Origin: Prochlorococcus sp. AG-347-K19
GTDB taxonomy: Bacteria; Cyanobacteriota; Cyanobacteriia; PCC-6307; Cyanobiaceae
Length of the DNA stretch: 64,000 nt
Direction: 5' to 3'
NCBI GenBank assembly: GCA_003281335.1
Contig: QCCG01000004.1
Location: 3,804-67,803 of the forward strand
Under the pieces are notes generated by a model that saw only the letters and a list, made by a program, of their open reading frames with translations, had not been told where the DNA came from and did not search any database. This document shows, in pieces, positions 1 through 10,811 of this stretch; within the stretch, counting starts at the first letter, position 1, and the number at the start of each line of letters is the position of its first letter. The position numbers and the translations under genes were made by a program.

Positions 1-758
1 GTGGAATGTAATTTTTCGTATGCCATACTTTCATCCTCCACTGAGAAAGTCGATTCATGTACGAGTAAATCGGCATTTTTTGATAGTGAAACAGCTGATT
101 CGCTAAACACTGTATCTGTGCAATAAACAAAACTTTCACCTTTTCTAGGAGGTCCACAGAATTCTTTCCCATCGAATGTCCTACCATCCGCTAATACGAC
201 TTTTTTACCTTGTTGCAGTTCTGAATAAATTGGTCCAGGTGCTATTTTTAGAGACTCTGCTTTTTTGATATCAAATATACCTGGTTTATCTTTTTCACTC
301 ACCCTATAACCATAAGCAGGTATTTTATGTTTAAGGCAGGCACAATTTACTTTTATTTTGTTGTTTTCAAATAGGATTTTATTTTCTGATGCAAAATTTT
401 CAACTTCCACAAAATTTAGTGGAAAAGACAATTTGCAAAAACTACTTTTAAGTGATGAATATATAAAACTTTGCAACCCTGAGGGACCGTAAATTTGAAT
501 ACCCTCACTATTTCCTGATAAACCTAAGGTAGCTAAAAGTCCAGGCAAACCATAAATATGATCACCATGCATATGAGTAATAAATATTTTCTTGATTTGT
601 GAAGATTTAATATTGCTTTTCATTATTTGATGTTGCGTTCCTTCTCCGCAATCAAAAAGCCAAACTTCTGATGACTGTGATAATTTAAGTGCTAGGGAAG
701 AAACATTTCTCGTTAAGGATGGGACACCTGAACTTGTTCCTAAGAAGGTGATATTCAC
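1..758 (-). CDS. rnz: Ribonuclease Z (tRNA 3' endonuclease); N-terminal part, C-terminus lies beyond the left window edge
   Basis: Minus-strand translation from GTG at 758 gives [14 protein letters not shown]...[24 protein letters not shown], the metallo-beta-lactamase HxHxDH motif typical of RNase Z. Absent from the ORF track because it is truncated. Confidence 0.85.
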   Translation of the reverse strand, partial: MNITFLGTSSGVPSLTRNVSSLALKLSQSSEVWLFDCGEGTQHQIMKSNIKSSQIKKIFITHMHGDHIYGLPGLLATLGLSGNSEGIQIYGPSGLQSFIYSSLKSSFCKLSFPLNFVEVENFASENKILFENNKIKVNCACLKHKIPAYGYRVSEKDKPGIFDIKKAESLKIAPGPIYSELQQGKKVVLADGRTFDGKEFCGPPRKGESFVYCTDTVFSESAVSLSKNADLLVHESTFSVEDESMAYEKLHS

Positions 759-831
759 TTATTTATGATATTTTTATTGTTATATCTGGATTAAATTTAG
801 ACTTTTAGTCAAACTTAGGCAAATTAAGCAT

Positions 832-2022
832 TTGTTTTTAAACAAAGTGATACTTAAATTTAAAAATAACTATAGAAAATGTTGCCTGATAAGTATTTTA
901 TTTATTTGTATTTTTCAGAGTGAAAGTGTTTTTGCATCCAGAGAACCAATCATTAAAGTTTTGATATCAAAAAATAACAATTTAAGGATCAGATCAGATA
1001 GATCAATTCCTTTAACAATAGAGGGTAAATTTTTTTCACGCAAAAGAATAAAAGGCCTAACTTTGAAAAATGAGAAAAATAGAAAAATTTTATATTTTGA
1101 TAAGAATAAACAAAAAAAATATGACTTAAAAAGTAATCAAAAATTTCAAGTGAGTTCTTCCGATGGAAGAGGTATTTGGGTAGGTCAGAAGAGATTTGCT
1201 GGTAAGCTTAATCTCTTTGTACTCGACTCCGAAATATTGGTAGTAAATGTTTTAGGCATAGAAAAATACCTTAATAGCGTAGTGGGTTCAGAAATGCCAA
1301 CAAAATGGCCTATTGAAGCATTAAAGGCACAAGCAATTGCCTCAAGAACTTATGCTTTAAAGCAAAAGGGAAATAATTTATTTGATATAGATTCAACCCA
1401 GAAAAATCAAGTCTATAATGGTTTGGAATCAAGAACTTATAAAACTATCAGAGCCGTTAAAAGTACAAGATCTTTGGTTTTAACTTATAAAAATAAATTA
1501 ATTAATGCTTTGTTTCATAGCAGCTCAGGTGGAATGACAGAAAATAGTCAAGATGTATGGAAAAATAAATATCCATATTTATCAAGTGTGAAAGATTTTG
1601 ATAAAAATAATCCAAAATTTAGATGGCAAAAAAAAATTTCGAGTAATGAATTAATAAATTTATTTCCAAAGATTGGAGGTTTAAAAAATATAGAGATTCT
1701 AGATATTACTAGTACAGGGAGGGTAAAAAATTTAAAACTTATTGGGGCTTATGGTTCTGGTCAAATATCTGGGGTAGATTTTAGAAAAAGATTAGGCCTG
1801 AACAGTAACTTTATCAGATTTAAATTTTTTGAGGAAGAATTAAACAACAATACTCCTCAAAAAAAAGGGTTGATAGTTTTTGGACAAGGATCAGGTCATG
1901 GAGTCGGAATGAGTCAGTGGGGGGCTAAATATCTGGCGTCTAGAGGCCAAAAAGCTGAAAGAATATTAAAGCATTTTTATAAGGGTGTGCAGGTTAAACC
2001 TTTTAGAAAAGATTACCTTTAG
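832..2022 (+). CDS. SpoIID/LytB-domain protein (putative amidase enhancer), N-terminal signal sequence
   Basis: Contains ALKAQAIASRTYAL and FHSSSGGMTENS motifs typical of SpoIID/LytB. Hydrophobic N-terminus, TTG start. Confidence 0.8.
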   Translation: MFLNKVILKFKNNYRKCCLISILFICIFQSESVFASREPIIKVLISKNNNLRIRSDRSIPLTIEGKFFSRKRIKGLTLKNEKNRKILYFDKNKQKKYDLKSNQKFQVSSSDGRGIWVGQKRFAGKLNLFVLDSEILVVNVLGIEKYLNSVVGSEMPTKWPIEALKAQAIASRTYALKQKGNNLFDIDSTQKNQVYNGLESRTYKTIRAVKSTRSLVLTYKNKLINALFHSSSGGMTENSQDVWKNKYPYLSSVKDFDKNNPKFRWQKKISSNELINLFPKIGGLKNIEILDITSTGRVKNLKLIGAYGSGQISGVDFRKRLGLNSNFIRFKFFEEELNNNTPQKKGLIVFGQGSGHGVGMSQWGAKYLASRGQKAERILKHFYKGVQVKPFRKDYL

Positions 2023-2025
2023 AAG

Positions 2026-2943
2026 TTATTTAGCATCAAGGACTAATTTTGGATTTATATTAGATTGCTCTTCATTTAAGAAACCTATCCCAAGTAGTAT
2101 TTGTTTTTTATCAATTACTTTTATGGGTTTTTTGTAGTCAAAAGATTTGTTTTCCTGGAAGTAATTAATATCAACTCTAATTGCTCTTCCTGTTTGCCAA
2201 AAATTGATTTGTTCTTCGGTACTTAAGACAAATGATGAAATGTGATTAAGAGCAGAAATTGTTGGAATAATGAAATTTTTCGGGTTTTTTTTATCTTTTT
2301 CGATATCAGATATTTTTATCGAGTTTTGTTCATCAAAGCCACAAGCTGAAATTCTTTTTAGCTGTAGAAGGCAACCCTCGGAATTAAGAATTTCTCCTAA
2401 ATCTCTTGCAATTGCTCTTATGTATGTGCCAGCTGAACATTTAACTTTTATTTCTATTATTCCGTTTATTTGGTCCCATTTCATTAAAGTAAGTTCGTCT
2501 ATTTTTACTTCTCTTGGTGCTAATTCAAAAACTTCATTCCTGAACGATTTTTTATAAGCCCTCTCACCATTGATGTGCACACTAGATACTTTCGGCGGAA
2601 TTTGTTTAATAATTCCTCTAAATCTATTTAAGTATTGATCTAATTTTTCATCACTGATTTTAGGCCAACTTTTTTGATTAATTATTTCTCCGTGAATATC
2701 ATCAGTGTTAGTTCTTATTCCTAGTTTAATTTGTCCTATGTAAGTTTTACCCTGAGGTAGATATTGAATAAATCTTGTTGCACTGCCTATCGCGATTGGT
2801 AATATTCCAATAACTTCTGGGTCAAGAGTTCCTGTGTGACCGACCTTTTTTGTATTTAGTAACTTCCTTATTTGTTTAACACAATCATGTGAAGTACATC
2901 CTTTATCTTTATTAATTACTAAGAATCCATCTTTAGTTTCCAT
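2026..2943 (-). CDS. truB: tRNA pseudouridine(55) synthase
   Basis: [15 protein letters not shown]...[21 protein letters not shown] contains the TruB catalytic Asp motif (GTLDP). Confidence 0.95.
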   Translation of the reverse strand: METKDGFLVINKDKGCTSHDCVKQIRKLLNTKKVGHTGTLDPEVIGILPIAIGSATRFIQYLPQGKTYIGQIKLGIRTNTDDIHGEIINQKSWPKISDEKLDQYLNRFRGIIKQIPPKVSSVHINGERAYKKSFRNEVFELAPREVKIDELTLMKWDQINGIIEIKVKCSAGTYIRAIARDLGEILNSEGCLLQLKRISACGFDEQNSIKISDIEKDKKNPKNFIIPTISALNHISSFVLSTEEQINFWQTGRAIRVDINYFQENKSFDYKKPIKVIDKKQILLGIGFLNEEQSNINPKLVLDAK

Positions 2944-3019
2944 TTTTAATATTAAGAATACTTTGAGAAAGATTTATAACCATCCTATGATTTTGATATT
3001 CGAAATTTAGAGAAAGAAA

Positions 3020-3760
3020 TTGAAAAACAATAATTTTATTTTAAAAGAGTTTTTAGACAATGCTTTTAATTTGAAATCACATTTAATGGAATACTTATCT
3101 ATAAGAGAATATGATTTAGATGGATTCCTTGCAAATGCAAAGATGAATTTGGCAAATTCACATCCTGGAGATGCTTTGAATGATGTTTCGGATTTTTATA
3201 CTGAAATAGTTGGAGATCGGCATGTAGCTGATTTAGCTGCTTGGCATCTCACGAGTAGGGAATACATCGCTGATACTTTAAAACTTCAGCAGAGATTTTC
3301 TAGAGATTTGGTTTTAGATTTTGGAGGAGGAATTGGAACGCATGCCTTAGCTAACACAATGTCTTCAAAAGTTGAGCATGTTTTTTTTGTAGATATTAAT
3401 GAGACAAATAGAAACTTTGTTGAATACAGGGCAAAGAAATTAGGAGTCGAAAAAAAACTTACTTTTTGCAAGACAATTCAAGATACACAAATATCTAAAT
3501 TTGATACGATAATTTGCCTTGATGTTTTGGAACATCTTGCTGATCCAGCTTCACAAATTGAGATTTTCAATGAGTTTATGGATCCTAATTCTATTGCTTT
3601 ATTTAATTGGTATTTTTTCAAAGGAGAAAAAAATGAATATCCGTTTCATATCGACGACATTCAAATTGTTGAAAAATTTTTTGAGACTCTTCAATCAAAT
3701 TTTTTAGAAGTATTTCATCCTACTCTTATAACTACAAGAGCTTATAAGAAAATTAGATAA
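3020..3760 (+). CDS. Class I SAM-dependent methyltransferase, substrate unknown
   Basis: Motif [13 protein letters not shown] and post-I/II pattern ([14 protein letters not shown]). The 3' end overlaps convergent rpmA by 8 nt. Confidence 0.6.
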   Translation: MKNNNFILKEFLDNAFNLKSHLMEYLSIREYDLDGFLANAKMNLANSHPGDALNDVSDFYTEIVGDRHVADLAAWHLTSREYIADTLKLQQRFSRDLVLDFGGGIGTHALANTMSSKVEHVFFVDINETNRNFVEYRAKKLGVEKKLTFCKTIQDTQISKFDTIICLDVLEHLADPASQIEIFNEFMDPNSIALFNWYFFKGEKNEYPFHIDDIQIVEKFFETLQSNFLEVFHPTLITTRAYKKIR

Positions 3761-4013
3761 CTATATTAACTCTTTTTCTATTTCTTAAATTTCTTTTAAT
3801 GCTTTCGAAACTTACTGTTCCTTCTTTGAGTGCAAAAAGCGTGTCATCTTTACCTTTTCCCACGTTAATCCCTGGCAAAAAGGATGTACCTCTTTGGCGA
3901 ATTAAAATTGATCCAGCAGTTACTTTTTCTCCACCATAAGCTTTCACACCTAATCTTTTGGAATTTGAATCTCTTCCGTTTCTAGTAGAACCTGTTCCTT
4001 TTTTATGTGCCAT
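3753..4013 (-). CDS. rpmA: 50S ribosomal protein L27
   Basis: [24 protein letters not shown]... is the canonical L27 N-terminus. Confidence 0.97.
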   Translation of the reverse strand: MAHKKGTGSTRNGRDSNSKRLGVKAYGGEKVTAGSILIRQRGTSFLPGINVGKGKDDTLFALKEGTVSFESIKRNLRNRKRVNIVI

Positions 4014-4022
4014 TAGAATTGT

Positions 4023-4463
4023 TTAATTTGTAGATTTTTCGGATTTTGGTTTAGTTTCCTTTTTGACAGTTTCCTTTTTAGAAGAAGACTTAGGAGCACT
4101 TTTACCTATTGTAATAGATTTTACCATAACTCTTGTAAGTTCTTGTCTGTGTCCCATCTTCCTTCTTGTCTTTTTTTTGGGACGCATCTTATAAACAAGA
4201 ATCTTCTTATCTCTTTTATGAGAGACAACTTCTAATTCAATTTTTGCGTCTTTAACGTAAGGTTTACCAACACTTATTGAGTCTTTATCTTTCAAAAGTA
4301 AAACTTTTTCAAGTGTTATCTTGTCTTTCTCTTTTGCATTTAGCCTATCTATGTCATAGTATCTGTTAACTTCGAACCAAAATTGTTTACCAGAAGTTTC
4401 TGCTATTGCGTACAATTCATTATTTTTAAAGGAATTGTTTGATGAGTTTTTAGAATTTGTCAT
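4023..4463 (-). CDS. rplU: 50S ribosomal protein L21, with lysine-rich C-terminal tail
   Basis: YAIAETSGKQFWFEVNRYYDIDRL... is L21-like. It sits directly upstream of rpmA, the conserved rplU-rpmA order. Confidence 0.93.
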   Translation of the reverse strand: MTNSKNSSNNSFKNNELYAIAETSGKQFWFEVNRYYDIDRLNAKEKDKITLEKVLLLKDKDSISVGKPYVKDAKIELEVVSHKRDKKILVYKMRPKKKTRRKMGHRQELTRVMVKSITIGKSAPKSSSKKETVKKETKPKSEKSTN

Positions 4464-4606
4464 ATCTTAAAGACGCTATCAGGCTCAAATAGACAATTTG
4501 ATTTAGCCAAATAAGCAATCATAGTAGTTTGTTTATTTTCTTATTTTGTAGTGTAATAAGTCAAGGGTTGTTTTAAATCTTTTATATCAATTAAGGAACT
4601 ACAAAA

Positions 4607-4924
4607 ATGGCAGCAAGAAAGACATACATTTTAAAACTATATGTTGCTGGAAATACTCCTAATTCAATGAGAGCTTTAAATACTTTAAGAGAAATTTTAG
4701 ATAATGAATTCAAAGGAGTTTATGCTTTAAAGGTTATTGATGTACTCAAGCAACCACAACTTGCAGAAGAGGATAAGATTTTAGCCACCCCAACCTTAGC
4801 TAAAATTTTACCGCCACCAGTAAGAAAAATAATAGGTGATCTCTCAGATAGAGAGAAAGTTTTAATTGGTTTAGATTTACTTTTTGATGAATTGACTGAA
4901 ACTGAATATAGTGGAGATAAATAA
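4607..4924 (+). CDS. kaiB: Circadian clock protein KaiB
   Basis: [26 protein letters not shown]...[27 protein letters not shown] is a near-canonical KaiB sequence. Confidence 0.97.
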   Translation: MAARKTYILKLYVAGNTPNSMRALNTLREILDNEFKGVYALKVIDVLKQPQLAEEDKILATPTLAKILPPPVRKIIGDLSDREKVLIGLDLLFDELTETEYSGDK

Positions 4925-4994
4925 TATATTTAAACTTTTTTAATTAAAGATTAATTCAAAATTTATTTTACTTTTGTTTAATTAGCACAAAACT

Positions 4995-6524
4995 ATGAAT
5001 GATAAGAAAATTGGTAAATCAAATAAAATGCAAGTACAAAAATTACCAACTGGTATAGAAGGGTTTGATGATGTTTGTAGGGGTGGGCTGCCTGTGTCTC
5101 GAAGTACACTAGTTAGTGGTACGTCAGGAACTGGTAAAACTGTTTTTTCACTGCAATACTTGCACCATGGAATTTGTAATTTTGATGAGCCAGGAATCTT
5201 TGTAACATTTGAGGAATCACCTCTAGATATTATTAGAAATGCCGCAAGTTTTGGTTGGGATTTACAAGAATTAATTGATCAAAATAAACTTTTTATTTTG
5301 GATGCTTCACCTGACCCCGATGGTCAGGATGTCGCAGGTAACTTTGACTTGTCTGGTCTTATTGAGAGAATTAGTTATGCAATTAGAAAATATAAAGCTA
5401 AAAGAGTTGCAATAGATTCAATAACTGCGGTCTTTCAACAGTATGATGCTATTTACGTTGTTAGACGAGAAATATTTAGACTAATAGCAAGATTAAAAGA
5501 GATAGGTGTTACCACAGTTATGACTACAGAAAGGGTTGATGATTATGGACCAATTGCTAGGTATGGAGTAGAAGAATTTGTATCTGATAATGTTGTCTTA
5601 TTAAGAAATGTTCTTGAGTCAGAGAAGAGAAGAAGAACTTTAGAAGTTTTGAAGTTAAGAGGTACTATACATATGAAAGGTGAATATCCATTCACTATGG
5701 GAATGGATGGAATAAGTGTGTTTGCTCTTGGAGCAATGAGATTAACGCAGAGATCTTCAAATATTAGGATTAGCTCTGGAGTCAAAGACCTTGATGATAT
5801 GTGTGGTGGAGGATATTTTCAAGATTCCATCATTCTCGCTACTGGAGCTACAGGTACGGGCAAAACAATGCTTGTATCAAAATTTGTTGAAGATTCTTAT
5901 AACAATAATGAAAGGGCAATACTTTTTGCATATGAAGAATCTAGGGCTCAATTGCTTAGGAATGCGACTAGCTGGGGAATAGATTTTGAAAAAATGGAAA
6001 GTGATGGTTTATTGAAAATTATTTGTGCATATCCTGAATCAACTGGTTTAGAAGATCACTTACAAATCATAAAAACGCAAATTAATCAATTTAAACCAAA
6101 AAGAATGGCAATTGATTCTCTCTCTGCATTAGCTAGAGGTGTAAGTTTAAATGCATTTAGGCAGTTTGTAATTGCAGTTACCGGTTATACAAAACAAGAG
6201 GAGATAGCAGGCTTTTTTACTAATACTGCAGAAGAATTTATGGGAAGTCATTCTATAACTGATTCGCATATCTCAACAATTACAGACACCATATTGTTGC
6301 TTCAATATGTAGAAATAAAAGGTGAGATGGCACGAGCTTTAAATGTTTTTAAAATGCGGGGATCATGGCATGACAAACGAATAAGAGAATTTATTATTAC
6401 GAATAGTGGCCCTGAAATAAAAGATTCTTTTTCTAATTTTGAACAAATATTTAGTGGTGCACCTCACAGAGTTGTGCCTGATCAAAATATTCAAAATGTT
6501 TTTAAAGGATTAGAGAATAATTAG
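4995..6524 (+). CDS. kaiC: Circadian clock protein KaiC (double RecA-like ATPase)
   Basis: Two Walker A loops (GTSGTGKT, GATGTGKT) and the phospho-site context DSHISTITDT. Confidence 0.98.
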   Translation: MNDKKIGKSNKMQVQKLPTGIEGFDDVCRGGLPVSRSTLVSGTSGTGKTVFSLQYLHHGICNFDEPGIFVTFEESPLDIIRNAASFGWDLQELIDQNKLFILDASPDPDGQDVAGNFDLSGLIERISYAIRKYKAKRVAIDSITAVFQQYDAIYVVRREIFRLIARLKEIGVTTVMTTERVDDYGPIARYGVEEFVSDNVVLLRNVLESEKRRRTLEVLKLRGTIHMKGEYPFTMGMDGISVFALGAMRLTQRSSNIRISSGVKDLDDMCGGGYFQDSIILATGATGTGKTMLVSKFVEDSYNNNERAILFAYEESRAQLLRNATSWGIDFEKMESDGLLKIICAYPESTGLEDHLQIIKTQINQFKPKRMAIDSLSALARGVSLNAFRQFVIAVTGYTKQEEIAGFFTNTAEEFMGSHSITDSHISTITDTILLLQYVEIKGEMARALNVFKMRGSWHDKRIREFIITNSGPEIKDSFSNFEQIFSGAPHRVVPDQNIQNVFKGLENN

Positions 6525-8587
6525 ATAATTTCTTTAATTTCAGAGCCTGAAAAAGAATCGGAATTATTAATAGCTTTTGTCAATAATTCATCTTTATCAG
6601 ATTGTGCTAAGGCTAAATCAAACCAAAAAGTTGTACCTACTCCTAATTCACTAGCCATACGAATTTCCCCACCATGTTTTTCAATTATTCCTCGCACTAT
6701 AGATAAACCTAAACCGGTACCTTGTTCAGTATGAACAGAATTTTCTACTCTATAAAAACGATCAAATATCTTTTCTTGGTCAGCTTGAGATATTCCTGAG
6801 CCAGTATCAGCAATCTCAATTCTTACTTTTGGGAGTGGTGAAACTAATTCACATTGAGGGGCTGCATCATTTTTTATACTTGGAGGTAAAGCAGGACAGG
6901 TATCTGGCCAAGTATAAGCTCTTATAGTTAGGGAACTGTTTTTTGGACTAAATTTCAATCCATTACCCAGTAAATTATCAAAAACTTGTAGAAGCAAATC
7001 AAAATTTCCAAGAATTGGAGGTATAGTTTCCTCTATATCATGAGCTAATGAAACATTTTTTTCTGTAGCATTGAGTCTATAATTTCTAAGAGTCTGTTCT
7101 ATTGCTGGTTTTATGTCCATTTGCTCAAGTTGAACAATTTTCCCAGACTCCAATCTTGATAAATCTAATACATCATTTACAAGTCTTGTTAACCTGTCGG
7201 TCTCTGAATTTGCAATTCCCAAAAATTCTATTTGTTCTTCATCAGAAAGCTGATCTTTTAAATCGTGTAAGGTCTCTACATAACTTTTGATATTAAAAAG
7301 GGGTGTCCTTAATTCGTGCGAAACATTACTAATAAATCTATTTTGTGCCGCGTTAAGTTCAACTTCTCTAGTTAAGTCTTGGATTGTTACCGCAATTCCT
7401 TTTAATTCAACTTTATTCGTATCTAAAACTGATTGCAGGACAATTCTTAGGGTTCTTGCTGGCTCTCCTAAACTGAATCTTAAATCGTCCTTCTCCTTTT
7501 CCCTGTTTAAAATAGATTCTATATTCGTATGTAAGTCGTTAGATAAAATTTCAGGGATTTCATTTAAAAAATGTTTACCCTCTAAGAATCTTCCTTCCCA
7601 ACGAAATAGTCTCTTTGCTGTTGGATTAGTAAGTACAATCTTGCCTTGTGAGTCCAATAATATGGCACCATCAGCCATAGTAGCTATTAGGGATTGCTGC
7701 TTGATTTGTGCCGCTTTTAGTTCTTCTATATTTGCTTCGTCATAATTTTCTAACTGTGTTGCCATTCTGTTAAATCCATTTAAGAGTTCTCCTAGATCAC
7801 CTGTCATAGGTAAAGAAATTCTAGATTTAAAATTTCCTTTCGAAATTTCTCTAACACCTCTTACTAACTCTCTGACGGGTCTCGTAATAGTTAATGCATT
7901 AAATACAGCTCCAAGTATTACCAAAACCCAAATAGAGATAAAAACTGCAATCGTTACTTCTCTAGTTAAGGAGGCACTGGCTAGTGCTTTTTTATTAGGA
8001 GTGACCCCTAAAGCTAAAGTTCCAAGATATTTACCTTTCCACAACATTGGTACAAATACATCTGTTACTTGACCTTGAGGTGTCGCATGCTGCCTAACCA
8101 AAGGGAATTGTGGTCTCTTCTTTAATTCTGAGGGCAGTTTTAATCTTCGAGTGAGCTGAAACTGACTGTCTGAGCTTGTCGGTGTTGCACTGATCGGTAT
8201 CCCAAGTTGAACAATATCTTCAGCATCAGTAAAGAATATATAACGCAGGTTTCGACTTGATCTCCAAAACTTTTCAGCTACATTCGAAATTTCTTTTTTT
8301 TGGTTATTAGCGACTAGTTCTGTAACATTCCCAGATAACAATAAGCCAAGATCTCGAGCATATCTAGTATCATTCATTCCTGCATCTCTTTGAATACTAT
8401 TTAATGCAAAAAATGTTATTCCTGTCATGAGAAGGCTTACCACAAGAGTTGCTATAGCTAGCAACTTTGTTCTTAAGCTGAACCCACTCCACCAAACGAG
8501 GAGTCTATTAATCCAAAAGTTTTTATTAATATCTTCATTATCAATGATGTTATAGTTTCTACTGTCTTGATTATTAGGATCGACCAT
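6521..8587 (-). CDS. nblS: Membrane sensor histidine kinase, NblS/Hik33 (DspA) type: 2 TM, HAMP, PAS, HisKA, HATPase
   Basis: H-box FISNVSHELRTPL, G-boxes DTGSGI and GTGLGLSIV, and a HAMP-like segment after TM2. The ortholog name is an inference from domain order. Confidence 0.8.
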   Translation of the reverse strand: MVDPNNQDSRNYNIIDNEDINKNFWINRLLVWWSGFSLRTKLLAIATLVVSLLMTGITFFALNSIQRDAGMNDTRYARDLGLLLSGNVTELVANNQKKEISNVAEKFWRSSRNLRYIFFTDAEDIVQLGIPISATPTSSDSQFQLTRRLKLPSELKKRPQFPLVRQHATPQGQVTDVFVPMLWKGKYLGTLALGVTPNKKALASASLTREVTIAVFISIWVLVILGAVFNALTITRPVRELVRGVREISKGNFKSRISLPMTGDLGELLNGFNRMATQLENYDEANIEELKAAQIKQQSLIATMADGAILLDSQGKIVLTNPTAKRLFRWEGRFLEGKHFLNEIPEILSNDLHTNIESILNREKEKDDLRFSLGEPARTLRIVLQSVLDTNKVELKGIAVTIQDLTREVELNAAQNRFISNVSHELRTPLFNIKSYVETLHDLKDQLSDEEQIEFLGIANSETDRLTRLVNDVLDLSRLESGKIVQLEQMDIKPAIEQTLRNYRLNATEKNVSLAHDIEETIPPILGNFDLLLQVFDNLLGNGLKFSPKNSSLTIRAYTWPDTCPALPPSIKNDAAPQCELVSPLPKVRIEIADTGSGISQADQEKIFDRFYRVENSVHTEQGTGLGLSIVRGIIEKHGGEIRMASELGVGTTFWFDLALAQSDKDELLTKAINNSDSFSGSEIKEII

Positions 8588-8591
8588 AATT

Positions 8592-9923
8592 TTAATTCTC
8601 CCTAGAAAAGTTTTTTCTGACTTGATAACCTATGTCATTTCTGAAGTAAATACCCTCAAAATGAATTTCTTTTAAATTCTTGTATGCTTTTTCAAAAACC
8701 ATATCAAAGTCTTTATCTTGACAGACAATACTTAAGACTCTGCCTCCATTAGTTAATAATTTCCCATTTTCACTTAAAGAAGTACCAGAGTCAAAAATTT
8801 GACAGTCATTTGAGTCAATATTACCTATATTAATTTGAAATCCAGTTTTATATTCGTGAGGATAACCTTTGGAGGTCGCTATTACACAACCACTAACTTT
8901 ATCAGAAGTATTAATTTTTTCATCACCAGTTAAATTTCCCATTGAGCATTTTCCTAAAAGAAATACAAAGTTTTGATCCATTAAGGGCATTATTGTTTGG
9001 CATTCTGGGTCACCAAATCTACAATTATATTCTATAACTTTTGGCCCAGATTTTGTGATCATTAACCCAAAATAAATTACGCCTCTGTAGTCAATATTTC
9101 TTTTCTTTAATTCATTTATTGTAGGTTCGATTATCTCTTTGATGATTCTATCAAGATAATCCTTCGTTAATAATGGGGCAGGAGAATAAGCTCCCATACC
9201 CCCTGTATTTGGGCCTTTATCTTTCTCGTTAAGTCGTTTGTGGTCTTGGGCTGTTGGAAGTAATGTATATCTCTCCCCATCGCATAAAGCAAAAACTGAA
9301 ACTTCTGGCCCTTGAATTTTTTCTTCTAAAACAACTACATTCCCAGAGGAGCCAAATTTACCATTAAAAATTGACTCTGCTGCTTTAAAGCATTCATCTT
9401 TTGAGTTAGGAATAAAAACACCTTTCCCTGAAGCTAGACCATCAGCTTTTACTACAAGTGGGATTGATGAAGAATTGATAATTTTTTTAGCTTCTTCTAT
9501 AGAATTTACTTTCCAAAAGTTTGCAGTTGGAATATTTGCGTCTTGCATAAATTCCTTCGCCCAAGATTTGCTAAATTCTAATTTTGCTCCATCTTTATTA
9601 GGACCGAATACTTTAAAATCTTTTTTGCGAAGAAAATCAGCTAATCCATTTGCTAGAGGTATTTCTGGTCCGATTACAACTAAATCTATTTTAAGAAAAT
9701 TAAGCTTTTCTACTAGTTCATTTTTATTATTTATATCAATATTAACCCTTTCACATTTTTTAATTCTTTCTGAACCCGCGTTACCAGGTATTAAATAAAC
9801 TTTTTTAATTAATTCATTTTTTTGAATAGCCCATGCCAAAGAGTTTTCTCTTCCGCCATTTCCAATTATTAAGATATTTTCTAATTTAATAAATCCACTA
9901 GAAATTGGTGAATGAATTCCCAT
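8592..9923 (-). CDS. purD: Phosphoribosylamine-glycine ligase
   Basis: ILIIGNGGRENSLAWA...VVKADGLASGKGV...GGMGAYSPAP are PurD ATP-grasp motifs. Confidence 0.95.
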   Translation of the reverse strand: MGIHSPISSGFIKLENILIIGNGGRENSLAWAIQKNELIKKVYLIPGNAGSERIKKCERVNIDINNKNELVEKLNFLKIDLVVIGPEIPLANGLADFLRKKDFKVFGPNKDGAKLEFSKSWAKEFMQDANIPTANFWKVNSIEEAKKIINSSSIPLVVKADGLASGKGVFIPNSKDECFKAAESIFNGKFGSSGNVVVLEEKIQGPEVSVFALCDGERYTLLPTAQDHKRLNEKDKGPNTGGMGAYSPAPLLTKDYLDRIIKEIIEPTINELKKRNIDYRGVIYFGLMITKSGPKVIEYNCRFGDPECQTIMPLMDQNFVFLLGKCSMGNLTGDEKINTSDKVSGCVIATSKGYPHEYKTGFQINIGNIDSNDCQIFDSGTSLSENGKLLTNGGRVLSIVCQDKDFDMVFEKAYKNLKEIHFEGIYFRNDIGYQVRKNFSREN

Positions 9924-10055
9924 AATTTGTTTTTTTAGGTTATGAGGTTTCGATGAATAATCAGTTAAAATGAAATAAAATCATTTGAAATTGATTTCTA
10001 ATAATTATGTTAATTACAAAAAGTACTTTAGTAATAATAATGAGGTTTTAAATTA

Positions 10056-10781
10056 ATGAATAAGTATGAGTTACTTTATGAAGGCAAAGCAAAAAAAGTC
10101 TTTACTCATGATGAGGTAGATAAAGTAAAAATTGAATTTAAAGATGATGCTACAGCTTTTAATGCATTGAAAAAAGAAAGATTTGAAGGAAAAGGCAAAC
10201 TTAATTGCCTAATAAGTGCAAGAATTTTTGAGATTCTTATTAAGAAAAATATTCCAACTCATTTTATTGAACTTGAAAATGAAAAAACAATGATTGCAAA
10301 AAAAATAAAAGTAATTCCATTAGAAATTGTTCTAAGAAATATTGCTTATGGTTCTTTGTGTAAACAAACGACTATTAAGCCTGGAACTTTCCTATCAAAA
10401 CCATTAATTGATATCTATCTTAAAAATGATCAACTTAATGATCCCCTTATTACCAAAGACAGAATTGAATTAATGAACATTTTAAGACCTCATGATTTAG
10501 AGTTAATAATAAATTTAACTTTAAAAATTAATGTAATCTTGAAAAGTTTTTTTAAAAATATTCAACTTCAACTTGTGGATTTCAAGTTGGAATTTGGTTA
10601 TGATTATAGAAATAACATTCTTCTTGGAGACGAAATAAGTCCTGATAATTGTAGATTGTGGGATCTAAATCAAAAAAATGATACAATTGTAAGTCTAGAT
10701 AAAGATAGATTTAGGAATGATTTAGGTGGTCTAATTGAAGCTTATAGCGAAATTCACCGAAGAATAAATGATTTTCTTTAA
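10056..10781 (+). CDS. purC: Phosphoribosylaminoimidazole-succinocarboxamide (SAICAR) synthase
   Basis: LLYEGKAKKVF...EFKDDATAFN...LVDFKLEFG...GDEISPDNCRLWD are PurC signatures. Confidence 0.93.
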   Translation: MNKYELLYEGKAKKVFTHDEVDKVKIEFKDDATAFNALKKERFEGKGKLNCLISARIFEILIKKNIPTHFIELENEKTMIAKKIKVIPLEIVLRNIAYGSLCKQTTIKPGTFLSKPLIDIYLKNDQLNDPLITKDRIELMNILRPHDLELIINLTLKINVILKSFFKNIQLQLVDFKLEFGYDYRNNILLGDEISPDNCRLWDLNQKNDTIVSLDKDRFRNDLGGLIEAYSEIHRRINDFL

Positions 10782-10811
10782 CCTAATTGAATAAATAATG
10801 ACTTATTTATC

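Noticed and set aside
2270-2557. Many ORF-track entries lie antisense to or nested inside strongly supported genes. Examples are 2270-2557, 3286-3471, 3519-3707, 5543-5785, 7287-7745, 9475-9798, 14777-15163, 17356-18000, 25018-25637, 26707-26997, 34139-34327, 37404-37694, 38916-39314, 39540-39857, 45597-45881, 51095-51497, 52391-52720, 54385-54627, 58779-59210, 60394-61038 and 62266-62565.
   Set aside because: They have low-complexity or hydrophobic composition typical of the antisense frame of AT-rich genes and no recognisable motifs. Each is fully explained by a well-supported gene on the other strand or frame.
4464-4606. Possibility that kaiA is merely hidden as an unannotated ORF upstream of kaiB.
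   Set aside because: The spacer is 143 bp and bounded by rplU, with no open frame of meaningful length. Absence within this locus is real. Absence genome-wide cannot be judged from this window.
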